From the NCBI GenBank assembly GCA_038214755.1, contig JBBQRQ010000004.1:40369-104368 (forward strand): a DNA stretch of 64,000 bases. The letters are read 5' to 3'. This DNA is from Verrucomicrobiota bacterium (GTDB lineage: Bacteria > Verrucomicrobiota > Verrucomicrobiia > Limisphaerales > CANJXF01). Below the pieces are notes generated by a model, which saw nothing but the letters and a program-made list of their open reading frames with translations, ran no database searches and had not been told where the DNA came from. Below, in pieces: positions 1 through 10,400 of the stretch (its first letter is position 1; each line of letters starts with the position of its first letter). The position numbers and the translations under genes are program-made.

Positions 1-881
1 ATCCGCGCTACGTCTGATTCCGGCAGCGCGCAAATGGGCGCGGAAAGTCTGGCCGCTGCAACCTGTCCGATGGAGATCGCTTCTCCATGAAGATATTTGC
101 CGTAACCGGAAATGGCTTCAATGGCGTGCCCGATGGTGTGGCCGAAATTTAAAATGGCGCGGAGGCCGGATTCCGTTTCGTCCTGCGCCACCACCTCAGC
201 CTTGATCTGGCAACAACGCGCGATGATCGACGCCAAAATTTTGGAATCCTGCTGAAGAATTTTTGGCAAATCGCGCTCCAGATTTTTGAACAGCGTCGCG
301 TCGTAGATGATCCCGTATTTGATTACTTCGGCTAGACCGGCGCGAAATTCCCGGTCCGGCAAAGTTTTCAATGCGCCCAAATCGCACAGCACCAGGCGCG
401 GTTGATAAAATGCGCCGACTAAATTTTTTCCCGCCCGCAAATTGACTCCGACCTTTCCGCCCACCGAACTATCGACCTGCGCGAGCAAAGTGGTCGGCGC
501 CTGGACGAAAGGGATTCCGCGCAGATAAGTCGCGGCAACGAACCCGGCCAAGTCGCCAACCACGCCGCCGCCCAGAGCAACGACCAAAGATTTCCGCTCG
601 ATTCGATGGGCGGCGAGTTGGTCGTAACAATCGTGAACGGTTTCCAGATTTTTCGCGGTTTCTCCAGCGGGAATGGTGATGAGAACTGGATCAAAGCCGG
701 CAAGACGCAGGGAACGCATCGCGGTCTTTCCATAAAGGGCGGCAACGTTGCGATCGGAAATGACGGCGCAACGTTTGGCAAATTTGAAACGAACGCAACG
801 TTGACCGAGTTCGGGAAGCAAATTCGTTCCGATCAAAATCGAATACGTTCTTGGCCCGAGATTCACGTTCACGGTCTTCAT
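1..881 (-). CDS. aroB: 3-dehydroquinate synthase (3' end runs off the window)
   Basis: Manual translation: MKTVNVNLGPRTYSILIG...IPAGETAKNLE...ALGGGVVGDLAGFVAATYLRG...DETESGLRAILNFGHTIGHAIE...LHGEAISIG; not in the ORF track because there is no stop codon in the window. Confidence 0.95.
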   Translation of the reverse strand, partial: MKTVNVNLGPRTYSILIGTNLLPELGQRCVRFKFAKRCAVISDRNVAALYGKTAMRSLRLAGFDPVLITIPAGETAKNLETVHDCYDQLAAHRIERKSLVVALGGGVVGDLAGFVAATYLRGIPFVQAPTTLLAQVDSSVGGKVGVNLRAGKNLVGAFYQPRLVLCDLGALKTLPDREFRAGLAEVIKYGIIYDATLFKNLERDLPKILQQDSKILASIIARCCQIKAEVVAQDETESGLRAILNFGHTIGHAIEAISGYGKYLHGEAISIGQVAAARLSAPICALPESDVAR

Positions 882-883
882 AC

Positions 884-915
884 GAAAACGATAGGTCTTG
901 AAAACGATAGGTCTT
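884..915. repeat. 16-bp exact tandem duplication (GAAAACGATAGGTCTT x2) just upstream of aroB
   Basis: 884-899 is identical to 900-915. Confidence 0.9.
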
Positions 916-1006
916 TCGCGGGAGGAGAAAACAAAAAACCGTAGAGGTCACGCGCGAGGTTTTTTTGCGAAGATATTCTTTGAGCGAAAGAAATTAGCCC
1001 GCAGCG

Positions 1007-1141
1007 CGAAATCCGAAATCCGAAAGAAATCCGAAGCTCGAAAGCCGAAAGTGGGTGCGGAACTTTCTTGGGTGGCGAGGCACGGTCCGTGACGCTGGCG
1101 GGAAGTCGTTTCGATATTCGGATTTCGGGGATTCGGATTTC
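1007..1141. repeat. Inverted arms of degenerate AAATCCG heptamer tandem repeats
   Basis: cgaaatccgaaatccgaaagaaatccgaag... (1007-1050) faces ...ttcggatttcggggattcggatttc (1109-1141); same family at 32404-32668. Confidence 0.85.
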
Positions 1142-1146
1142 AAGCC

Positions 1147-1401
1147 TTACGCGACGACCGCTGCTTCCATTTCGCCGTTGTTGCCGATCGCCTCGACCGG
1201 GCAGCCTTCCATCGCTTCTTTGCACTGGGCTTCTTCGTCCGGCGTGGTGGGTTGTTTGAACACGTAGGAGTAACCGCCGTCGTCGTTGCGGGTGAAATTG
1301 CTCGGCGCAGTTTCGCGGCAGAGGTCGCAATCGATGCACTGGTTATCCACGTAATATTTGCCACCCACGTTTTCCGGATATTTATTTGCGATGTCAGCCA
1401 T
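1147..1401 (-). CDS. Single-cluster ferredoxin
   Basis: MADIANKYPENVGGKYYVDNQCIDCDLC...CPVEAIG; CxxCxxC...CP motif; ATG at 1401. Confidence 0.92.
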   Translation of the reverse strand: MADIANKYPENVGGKYYVDNQCIDCDLCRETAPSNFTRNDDGGYSYVFKQPTTPDEEAQCKEAMEGCPVEAIGNNGEMEAAVVA

Positions 1402-1524
1402 AAAAATTTTTGTTGCGTCGGGAATATATGTTTCGCTACAGGCGGGTTTCAAGTGTTGATTTTTTTCCGGCGGCACTTTCTTCCACAAGTTTGAACTTAA
1501 AACTTTGGGCTTCGAACTATTCTC

Positions 1525-2580
1525 TCAAAATCCATTCAGCAAATCGATCAACTGACGCAAACGCCCGTATTGTCTGCGATCAAACCCAAAAGCGATTCGC
1601 TGCAACTCGACCAAATCATTATCCTCCCGTTCCTCCGCTGTCGCCTCGATCACGTGCATTTTTTCTCCGCTGATGATGTCGGCGAAATCCTCATTCAATC
1701 CTTCGAGGGCGGCCTCCGATGGCGCGCGTTTGAGCCGCAGAATAAAAAGGTCTTTGACAAACCGGCTCGAATGATAGTTGCGATAGAAACGCGAAATCCA
1801 TTTCACCGCTTGATCCGCGTCATCGGTGATTTGATAAAGATGCAAATCGTCGGGCGAAATCAGTTGGTCGCGCAATAAATGTTCGCGGACATTTTTGTCC
1901 CACGTTTTCCAATAAGTGCCGCCCGGTTTGTCCATCAAGACCAGCGGCATGAGGCGATGCTTGCCGGTCTGCATCAGCGTGATGGCTTCGTAACCTTCGT
2001 CGAGCGTGCCGAAGCCGCCGGGAAATAAAACAAACGCATCGGAGTGCCGGACAAAAGTCAGTTTGCGTGTGAAAAAATATTTGAAGGTCACCAACTTTTT
2101 ATCTTTGTCGATGATCGGGTTCGCGCCTTGCTCCCAAGGCAGACGAATGTTCGCGCCAAAACTTTTTTCCAGTCCCGCGCCTTCGTGTCCGGCCTGCATG
2201 ATTCCCGGCCCCGCGCCGGTGATAACCATGTAACCGGCCGCGACAATTTTCCGCGCGAAATCCACCGCCTGCATATATTCCTGCTTCGTCGGCAACGTCC
2301 GCGCCGAACCGAAAATCGTCACCTTGCGCGTTTCGTGATAGGGAGCAAACAAACGAAAGGCGTAACGGAGTTCGCGCACCGCCGTGCGGATGACCCGCAC
2401 GTCCCCGCGATCTTTCACATCGGTCAAAAGTTTCAGCGCATTGACGATGATGTCCTCGACGTGATCGGGATTATAACCGCCGCCTTTGAAAGCGATCAGG
2501 TCTTGAATCCGCTTTTTCAATTCGGGATCGACGGGTGTTTTTTCCAACTTTTCGCCCGGTGTTCTTTCTAACTTGTCCAT
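1525..2580 (-). CDS. LOG-family nucleotide phosphoribohydrolase (TIGR00730-like)
   Basis: VTIFGSART, ITGAGPGIM and PGGFGTLDE motifs. Confidence 0.9.
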   Translation of the reverse strand: MDKLERTPGEKLEKTPVDPELKKRIQDLIAFKGGGYNPDHVEDIIVNALKLLTDVKDRGDVRVIRTAVRELRYAFRLFAPYHETRKVTIFGSARTLPTKQEYMQAVDFARKIVAAGYMVITGAGPGIMQAGHEGAGLEKSFGANIRLPWEQGANPIIDKDKKLVTFKYFFTRKLTFVRHSDAFVLFPGGFGTLDEGYEAITLMQTGKHRLMPLVLMDKPGGTYWKTWDKNVREHLLRDQLISPDDLHLYQITDDADQAVKWISRFYRNYHSSRFVKDLFILRLKRAPSEAALEGLNEDFADIISGEKMHVIEATAEEREDNDLVELQRIAFGFDRRQYGRLRQLIDLLNGF

Positions 2581-2664
2581 CGCGGGAGAGTAGCGGGGCA
2601 GGAGGCAAAAGCAACTTCACAGAACTCAGGAGAGATTTCGCCGAAAGAAAATTTCGGGCATTGA

Positions 2665-2761
2665 ACCCATGAACCGTAGCCGCCGACGTGGGGAGGCGGA
2701 CTTGACTTGGCGTGCGAGGTTCCACCTTCTCAGGTCGGCGGCTACCGGCAGGTTCGTGGGT
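2665..2761. repeat. GTAG-type REP doublet (family C, gtagccgccgacgtgaggaggcgga) inside short acccatgaacc/ggttcgtgggt inverted ends
   Basis: Inverted copies at 2676 and ending at 2745; same family at 9304-9416 and 34334-34412. Confidence 0.8.
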
Positions 2762-2881
2762 AGAGTTTGGAGCGCCGAGCATTGCTCAGTAATGGCAGTT
2801 AACGGCAAACTATAATCACTCCGCGTTGAGCCATCGTTGTTGCGCGCGTCGGAAATCTTCTGTTAATTGTCACTCCATTTT

Positions 2882-2965
2882 GCGCGAGTGGTGAAATGGC
2901 AGACACGCCAGACTTAGGATCTGGTCCCGCAAGGGGTGGAGGTTCAAGTCCTCTCTCGCGCACCA
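2882..2965 (+). tRNA. tRNA-Leu (anticodon TAG)
   Basis: GCGCGAG/CTCGCGC acceptor stem, CCAGA-CTTAGGA-TCTGG anticodon arm, long variable arm, GGTTCAAGTCC T-arm, encoded CCA. Confidence 0.97.
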
Positions 2966-2970
2966 AATTG

Positions 2971-3095
2971 CCAACTTCAAACACCAAACTTCAAACACCA
3001 AACACCAAACACCAAACACCAAACACCAAACACCAAACACCAAACACCAAACACCAAACACCAAACACCAAACACCAAACACCAAACACCAAACA
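2971..3095. repeat. Heptamer tandem repeat (CAAACAC)n: about 15 perfect units plus degenerate leading units
   Basis: Uninterrupted caaacac run at 2992-3095. Confidence 0.97.
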
Positions 3096-3099
3096 TCAA

Positions 3100-4113
3100 T
3101 CACCTGTTCGCCCGGGTTTGCGCAGCGATGGTTTCCAAGTCAACGAGCGTGGCACGGCCTTTGGATTTCTTCACTAAATCGCAAATCAATTCAATCGCTT
3201 TGAATTCTGGATCGCTGGGATAAAGCACCGCCGGATGCGCGAGAAAGTCGTAAACCTCTCCGTGCGCAATCGCCCATTCGACCCCGAGGCGAATCGCTTT
3301 CAGAAAATCAGCGAGCTTCCATTTGCCATTTCGAAAAGCGCCGATATCGCTGATCGGACTCATCGGAATATCAATCAAGCCGCTGGGATAAATAAATGGT
3401 TGCGCGTCGTTTTGCGCTCGAATGATATCGTCGAAAACTTTCTTGGTTGGCGCTGAGCCGGGATCGCCATACAAGTGCGCCGGATATTTGCAACTGATCC
3501 ATTTGAAACCCAAATCCAAAAACATCTGTTGCACGTCCGGGGTCGGAGTGAGTCCGTCGGCAAAACCGCCCGGCGTGCGAAAACCGGCTGGCTCAATTCC
3601 CAGCCGCGATTTGATCGCGGCGCTCGCCATCTGAATATTTTCGCGAATGACATCCAGCGGCTTCTTTCCCTCGACCAGCCACGGCGCGCGTTTGAAAATG
3701 TATTGAACTTCATCCAGCGTTTTTGCCCGGACAAAAACGTGATCGTAGGTGTGGTTGCCAATGCGATGGCCCATCGCCAAAATTTCTTTGAGCCAATCGA
3801 CGTTCTCCTGCTCCAGCGCGCGACCAACCAGAAAAAAATGGATGATGCCGCCATGAGCTTTCACGCGTCGCGCTGCTTCAACCGCGTATGTTTTTGTTTC
3901 GTCATTGAGATTTCCCTTTTCATAATCCCAATGCGTGTCGTCCCAGTTCGGAAAATTTCGCGCCATTTCCAAATCAAGAGTGATGGCGATGAGCGCCTTC
4001 TTCGCCGGATTTTTTTTCTGTTCCTGCGCAAACAGTTTTTCGCCGAGAGCAATTCCGCTCGTAGCCAGCGCGGAAGTTTTCAAAAAATCGCGTCGCGAAA
4101 AAACGGGTAGCAT
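3100..4113 (-). CDS. Tat-exported polysaccharide deacetylase (NodB-like) family protein
   Basis: SRRDFLK Tat motif; ITLDLE, GNHTYDH and GFRTPGG motifs. Confidence 0.85.
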   Translation of the reverse strand: MLPVFSRRDFLKTSALATSGIALGEKLFAQEQKKNPAKKALIAITLDLEMARNFPNWDDTHWDYEKGNLNDETKTYAVEAARRVKAHGGIIHFFLVGRALEQENVDWLKEILAMGHRIGNHTYDHVFVRAKTLDEVQYIFKRAPWLVEGKKPLDVIRENIQMASAAIKSRLGIEPAGFRTPGGFADGLTPTPDVQQMFLDLGFKWISCKYPAHLYGDPGSAPTKKVFDDIIRAQNDAQPFIYPSGLIDIPMSPISDIGAFRNGKWKLADFLKAIRLGVEWAIAHGEVYDFLAHPAVLYPSDPEFKAIELICDLVKKSKGRATLVDLETIAAQTRANR

Positions 4114-4208
4114 CTGCCTCCAGCGGGTGCGAAGAGAGGAATTTTTCAAGAGCGCTTTCACAAAATTATTTCGAGTTTTGCAGGCGAGTGGTGGTTTCAA
4201 TCTCCGCT

Positions 4209-4309
4209 AAAGCGCCAGAGGACTGGCGCACTCTAAGACGCTTCGCGCCATTCCAAACGGATTGTCCAGCGCGCGAGCGTCTTGGAGTGCGGTAGTCCTC
4301 TACCGCTTT
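4209..4309. repeat. REP doublet, family A (aaagcg..gcactccaagacgc / gcgtcttggagtgc..cgcttt)
   Basis: Two inverted hairpin units; same family at 15257-15363 and 63916-64000. Confidence 0.85.
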
Positions 4310-4370
4310 TCCCAGCGTTCATCCAACCTTTGCGGACTGTTTCCATGAAATTGATTTTGAAACTCGCCTT

Positions 4371-5453
4371 TTATTTTTGCCCAACACTCGCCCGCGAAAC
4401 CCCGGCGCTACCCTCGAACTTGATCCACGAAATCTGCGTCACCAGTTGATTGAGCGACGCAAAGGAAATGTGCGCGCTCGTCGTGAATCGCGGAGTAGCT
4501 GCGGCAGGAAATGTCGCCAGCGTCGTATCGCCGACGAGAAAGACATTAAAGTCTTTGGAGAGATTTTCATAACCCGCGCAGGTTCGCGCGTAGCACATGT
4601 CCGCCGCATAACCGGTGAGCAGCACGTGACGAATTCCATTTCCCTGAAGAAACTTTTTCAGCGCGGGATAACCTTCGCCGTCATAAATGATCACATCCGC
4701 GGGATCGAGATCGATGTCGGTCGTCACTGGGATCGGCAGTTCCCAAAATCCTTTGGGATCATATTTGTCGCCCGCATCCAAACCGGGAAACTGTTTGAAA
4801 TAATCGATGACCGGTGTCTCGCGCGACAATTTGAGGGAAGCGGGGAGCGGTTCGCCGCGATAAACAAAACCGGTCAGTTTCGCTTTCAACTCTTTTGCGC
4901 CCTCCTTCCGTTCCGTTTCCGGCGGTGATCCTTTGAACGAGCGATACAATTTTTTCCGAATCGGATCCTCATTGCCGGGGAGGCTGAGCAAAACCAACGA
5001 AACTTTTCCGCGCATCGATTTCAGAAAAGGATTGATGACATTATGCGTGTGCTGGGCAGCGAGATGATTTTTTTGCGGCGTGCAAAAATCCGCGACACCC
5101 GCCGGATCCGGGGTGTCCCATCCTTGCCCATCATCAATCCCCCACGGATGAACCATGATGACCGCCGTCTCTTTGGCGCGCAATCGGTTCGGCATTTCGA
5201 TGATGCCGCGAGCGTTGTAGGAAAATCGCCAGGCGCGCACCGACAAATCGGCGTCTGCGTCATCGACGAGAATCGGCGCTTCGAAACGGTTGGTCTCGCG
5301 GATCGGCTCGACCCATTCTGGATCGTCGGCGAGGAGAGGCTGGGGATTTTTAATTGGCGTCAGGGTGTTTTGATAAAGACGCGTTTCATCGGCGGGCGCA
5401 GCCAACCCGCTCGCCAAAAAGCACAGCGCGCAAATTTTTGCGAGTGGCTTCAT
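4371..5453 (-). CDS. Secreted isochorismatase-like hydrolase
   Basis: Signal peptide MKPLAKICALCFLASGLAA; GIRHVLLTGYAADMC...VFLVGDTT isochorismatase-fold motif. Confidence 0.7.
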   Translation of the reverse strand: MKPLAKICALCFLASGLAAPADETRLYQNTLTPIKNPQPLLADDPEWVEPIRETNRFEAPILVDDADADLSVRAWRFSYNARGIIEMPNRLRAKETAVIMVHPWGIDDGQGWDTPDPAGVADFCTPQKNHLAAQHTHNVINPFLKSMRGKVSLVLLSLPGNEDPIRKKLYRSFKGSPPETERKEGAKELKAKLTGFVYRGEPLPASLKLSRETPVIDYFKQFPGLDAGDKYDPKGFWELPIPVTTDIDLDPADVIIYDGEGYPALKKFLQGNGIRHVLLTGYAADMCYARTCAGYENLSKDFNVFLVGDTTLATFPAAATPRFTTSAHISFASLNQLVTQISWIKFEGSAGVSRASVGQK

Positions 5454-5658
5454 CGTTGGCGATTGAAGATCGCCGGCGAACTTTTTTGAATTTGCGGTGG
5501 TGAACATGGAAGAGAGTTACCAATTCGGTGTGACCATCGCGAGACGAATTTGAGTCGGCTCCTCCCTTCGACGAAATCAGGTCGTCCGAAATCAGTCTGT
5601 AATTCTTTGATTCAAAGCTCGCCTCACCCAAAGCGGCGGGATAACGTCTGGACGCTCA

Positions 5659-7404
5659 ATGAAGTTCCCTCTGAAACGTAACGCAATGTTGATTCTCACC
5701 TTGGTCGGTTTCCTTGCCTATGAGGCTCACGCGCAACCGGCCAACGATAATTTCGCGAACCGGGAAACAATTATCGGAACAAATATTTTGGGAACGTTGG
5801 CCGGGTCAACGAGTGAAGCGGGCGAACCGATGTTGCCTGGAATTTCGACCGGACAAACCGCGTGGTGGACTTGGACTGCGCCTTCAAATGGGATCGTGAC
5901 GCTGAATGTCAGCGCGACAAATTTTAATCCGCTGCTCACAGTGTATGCCGGGAGCAATGTCGAACACCTCTCACTGGTCGCGAGTAATAATTTTCTCGCC
6001 TGCTATTCCGGCGGGTGCGGCTGCAACTGGCGAATGCGCAACTCCACGAGCTTTCACGTCGCACGTGGGCAGGCTTATCAAATCGCGATCGATTCTGCTC
6101 TGTTCACGGACAGCCATTTCGTTGTCCCAAGCGTCCCGTATGTCAGATCAACGAATTTCTTTGCACCTGGTTCCGTTCCAACTCTCGATATCTTGGAGCG
6201 TGAAGCCGCCCAGACAACGAACGTATTTGTTCCTGATTCGGGGCAAACAACGAATATCCTTGCTGGGGAAGCCTTGAACGTGAGCTTTCAATTTACGCCC
6301 GCACCTCCCAACGATTATTTCGCCGGCCGCATTCGGATGCGCGGTTCCCGATTTCATTTCAATGCATCTAACTCAGGAGCCGGGAAGGAATCCGGCGAGC
6401 CTGATCATTTCGGAAATCGTGGCGGAAGTTCTGTTTGGTATTCCTGGACTGCACCTGCCTCAGGCCGAGTCACTCTTTCGGTTAATAACATTCCACCCTA
6501 TCTACCGCCAAGCTGGTACGGATGGTCCGGATGGTACGGATACCACGAAATGATAAATCTATTTAGTTTTTGCGGCTATGAAGTGGATCAAAATCCGCCT
6601 CCGCAATTTTTCCCCGTGTTCGCCGTTTACACCGGCACATCCGTCGATTCTTTGGTTTCCGTAAATGCGTTGCCGCTGGCGTTGAGCGATTATCCTCACG
6701 CCATCTCCTTTGATGCGATCAAAGGCCGCGCCTACCAAATCGCTTTCGATGGCAATCAAGGGACAACCGGTGAAACGCCTTTGTATCTCGCGCTCACCAC
6801 TCCGGCGATCAATGACAACTTTGAACGACGCATCCCGGTGCGCGGAATTTATATCGTCGCCACCGGCTACAACGCGGGCGCGACTCGCCAAACCAATGAA
6901 CCTGCGCCGCAAGATGGTTCCGTTGGGAAAAGTGTCTGGTGGTCATGGCGCGCGCCAGTCAGCGGAACGGTTTCCATCGACGCCTCTGCCAGTGAGTCTC
7001 AATTTCCAATCAGCGTTTTCACGGGCGCGCGTCTCTCCACTCTGCACACAGTCGCGCGCTCTACCGACAGCGCTCTGACCTTCGAGGCAGTCGCCGGACA
7101 GACCTATCAAATTTCCGTCGAAGATTTTTCCGGTCTGACTGGCGCGATTAAATTCAAACTGCAAGCGCCGGTGGTTGAAGTGCCATTGTCCCGACGCCTC
7201 GGCTCATCCAGAATTGTGTCGCTGGTTTATCCCGCTCGACCCGGGCAGGTCATCCTTTTGCAACGATCACCCGACGGACAAAACTGGAGCGATATGCAGA
7301 AAGGAACGGCGCATTGGAATCGGGTGGAATTCATTGTGAAGCAGGACGGGATTGCCAATCGGTTTTTTTATCGCGCGATCATCGTGGACAATTTCTTTTT
7401 CTGA
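5659..7404 (+). CDS. Secreted beta-sandwich repeat protein (three PxNDxF/WWxWTAPxxG/YQIAxD units)
   Basis: Signal peptide; three repeated PPC-like domains; C-terminal FFYRA tail typical of verrucomicrobial exported proteins. Confidence 0.75.
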   Translation: MKFPLKRNAMLILTLVGFLAYEAHAQPANDNFANRETIIGTNILGTLAGSTSEAGEPMLPGISTGQTAWWTWTAPSNGIVTLNVSATNFNPLLTVYAGSNVEHLSLVASNNFLACYSGGCGCNWRMRNSTSFHVARGQAYQIAIDSALFTDSHFVVPSVPYVRSTNFFAPGSVPTLDILEREAAQTTNVFVPDSGQTTNILAGEALNVSFQFTPAPPNDYFAGRIRMRGSRFHFNASNSGAGKESGEPDHFGNRGGSSVWYSWTAPASGRVTLSVNNIPPYLPPSWYGWSGWYGYHEMINLFSFCGYEVDQNPPPQFFPVFAVYTGTSVDSLVSVNALPLALSDYPHAISFDAIKGRAYQIAFDGNQGTTGETPLYLALTTPAINDNFERRIPVRGIYIVATGYNAGATRQTNEPAPQDGSVGKSVWWSWRAPVSGTVSIDASASESQFPISVFTGARLSTLHTVARSTDSALTFEAVAGQTYQISVEDFSGLTGAIKFKLQAPVVEVPLSRRLGSSRIVSLVYPARPGQVILLQRSPDGQNWSDMQKGTAHWNRVEFIVKQDGIANRFFYRAIIVDNFFF

Positions 7405-7493
7405 GAGCCGCCCGTCTGGAATCGGCGTTCCAAAGGCCAGGGCGATTTCCGATTTTCCCGACGGAACAAATTTTTCGCCAGAGGTTGCGCTGG

Positions 7494-10400
7494 TCATTCC
7501 AAGGCGCCGGAGCGCAGAGCATTGCTCTGCGTGGAATTCTGCGGAGCGATGTTCCGCGCTCCTTTGATCGGTTTCTCACTCTGCAAATAAGCAAATAAAT
7601 CGCGCCGTTCCTGTGGCGTGAGTCCATGCATCAAACCTTCCGGCATTAGTGAAATTCCCGATTGACGCATCGAAATAATTTTATCGCGATTAATAATGGT
7701 TCGTTCGTTTTTCGCGGCGACGAGCGTAACGCCATTCGCATTTTGCTCCGCGATCAACCCATTCAAAATCCGGCCATCGCTCGTCTCGACATTGTAGTTG
7801 AGAAATTCTTTTCGTATGACCGCGTTGGGATCGACGATACTGGTTAATAAAAAATCTTTGTCCGCTCGATTCGCGTGCGTCAGTTCCGGTCCAACCTTTT
7901 CGCCTTCCCCAAAAAGCTCGTGACATTGAGCGCAGGTCTTCAAAAAAACTTCCCGCCCATTTTTCGCGTCGCCCGGAAATGCGCGCAGGTCGTTGTTGAA
8001 GCGGCGGATGTCCGCAAGTTTTTCTTCGGGGGTGCCGCGGCCAATGTTTCCCCAATGTTTGCGCACCAGCGCGTCGAGTTCGTTGTCGTCCAACGTCGCG
8101 ACTTTTTGCAACTGGTCCAACGGAAGTTCACTGGCGTTGAAACGTCCCGAATCGACTCCTTTTAAAAATGGCGTAGCCCAAAGTCTGCGGCTGAGAAAAA
8201 CATCGCGCGCTTTGCCGCGGACGCGTGGGGTCATTGCCGGATAGTTCAAAAGCAGGCCATCAATTTCCGCGTTGGGAATTTGTTGAATCGCGTCGAGCGC
8301 GGCCAACTGAATCACCTCCGGCTGACTCAGCGCGCCAAGACGGAGAAGGACCTTCAGGGCCGCCGGGTTCGCCGAGTCGCCGATCAGTTGAAGCATCGCC
8401 ACTCTCAATTCGGTCGGGCTTTTCGTATCTTCGGCCAAGGTTAGCGCACGGTTCCAGGCCGGTCCGTCGCCGAGGCGTGAGAGCAATCGCAGCACGGTTT
8501 CATTTTTCGTTGCGTCACTCCATTGCGAGGTGAGTTGTTTTTGCAAAGTGGGCGGAAGTTTCTCAAGGGTTGAAATTCGTTGGGCGTTGGGCTGCTCGCG
8601 AAAACCTTGCTCGAGTGCAACCAACATTAGTTGCCGCACTTTATCCGGCGAAGTTTCAAGCAGCCGCGCGCACGCTGCCAAAGTTTTCTCGCTCGCATCC
8701 GCCGCGTAACGGCGCATCAGCCGAGGCAAAATGATTTCGCGAATCAACGCCGACTGCCACGCCTCGCTCGATGTAAACAAATTGACAGTTTCATCAACCG
8801 CCGCGACGGAATGATTTTCCACCGCCCACCACAGCAGCAATGGAATGTGCGGATCAGTCGCGTCGAGATTTCGGAGCGCGACTTTTTGAGCGAGCACCAG
8901 GCCCATTTTGGCGGGCAGACGTTTGGCGGCGGAAGCGAGTTGGCTCCGCACGCGCACGTCGGTTTCATGCGCCGCAACCTTCAAAAGATTTTCGCAGCTT
9001 GTCGGGGAAATTTTCTCTTCATCGCCGAGAAAGCGGACGGCCCAATAGCGGATTTTCGGGGAGGAATGTTCGAGTGCATCGTTCAGAAAAGATTCGTCCG
9101 CGCCGCCACTGGCGTAGAGCGCCCAAAAACTTTCGAGCGCAAGATGTTCATCCTTCGTTTCAAAAATTTGCGCGCGCAGTTTTGGAAAGGTTGCAGCATC
9201 GCGGCGGTCGGCGAGAACGCGGCGCGCTTTGCGGACAAACCAATCGTTTTTGCTGGAGAGAAGTTCGATGAGTTGCGCGCTGGAAAGTTTGGTTAAATCC
9301 TTCGTAGGAGCCGAGGTGAGGAGGCTCTGATTAGTTTCAGGATTTGAAGTGAGCCTCCTCACGTCGGCTCCTACGATTTCGGTTTTTGAAATCCGCCTCC
9401 TCACGTCGGCGGCTACGCGATAGATGCGTCCGTTGCTCCGGTCCCATTCGGCGTCGGGATCGGGGTGGGCGGTGCGTTTGTCGAACCAGTCGGCGACGTA
9501 AAGCGCGCCGTCCGGGCCCATCGTCAAATCGGTGGGCGCAAACCAGGTGTCATTTGGATTCAACAATTCTCCGCCGTAACTCGCTGTGAAAGTTGAACCA
9601 AATTTTTCCATGTTGTGAACTTGCACGGTGTGGCCGAGCAGATCGTTGGCGATATATTTGCCGCGAAATTTTTCTGGAAACGAATCGCCTTGATAAATAA
9701 TTCCGCCATCGGTCACGTGGCCGCCGGTGAAATTTTTATAGGGAATATGGTCAAAATATCCGTAGGCGTAAGGATTGTGCAGCTCGCCGTGTTTGCCAAA
9801 ACTTTTCCAGTAATAGCCGCCTTGCACGCCGTGCAAGTTTCGATTCGGGCCAAGGTTGGTCGAGTAAATCAAATTTCCATCTTCATCAAAATCGAGTCCC
9901 CAGGAATTTCCGCCGCCTTCGCAAAAAAGCTCAAACCGTTTTGAAAGTGGGTGATAACGCCAGACGCCTTGTTGAAATTCGATGCCGCGAATATTGGCCG
10001 TCACCGTGCTGCCCTGACAACCGTAGAGCCAGCCATCCGGACCCCACGCCAGCGAGTTGGCGACGGAATGCGCGTCTTCCATTCCGAAGCCGGTGAGCAA
10101 AACTTCGGGATCGGAATCAGGAATGTCGTCGTGATTTTTGTCGGGATAAAAAAGTAAATAAGGAACCTGCACAACGAAAACTCCGCCGTGACCGAAGGCG
10201 AGTCCGCTGGCGAGATTCAATCCGCTGATGAAATCTTTTGATTGGTAATGTGCTGCCGAGATCCTCTCGGCAGAGGTTGCGTCAGATTTTGCGCTCTTGC
10301 TCTTGGAAGGATCCTCATTGGCGGCATCGCGTTTTTCTTCCGAGAGGATCTCGGCAGCACTTTCGACTCGTTCCAAAATCGTGATACGATCCGCGCCTTT

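Noticed and set aside
2971..3095. CRISPR array
   Set aside because: The 7-bp units have no spacers and no cas genes are present. The REP doublets elsewhere are inverted pairs, not regularly spaced direct repeats.
2870..3223. ORFs with (CLVFGVW)n or (HQTPNTK)n repeats
   Set aside because: They are translations of the tRNA and the heptamer repeat, with no independent coding evidence.
4183..4368. TIR-bounded MITE around the REP at 4209
   Set aside because: The ggcgagt..tttcaa similarity is gapped and no TSD is visible.
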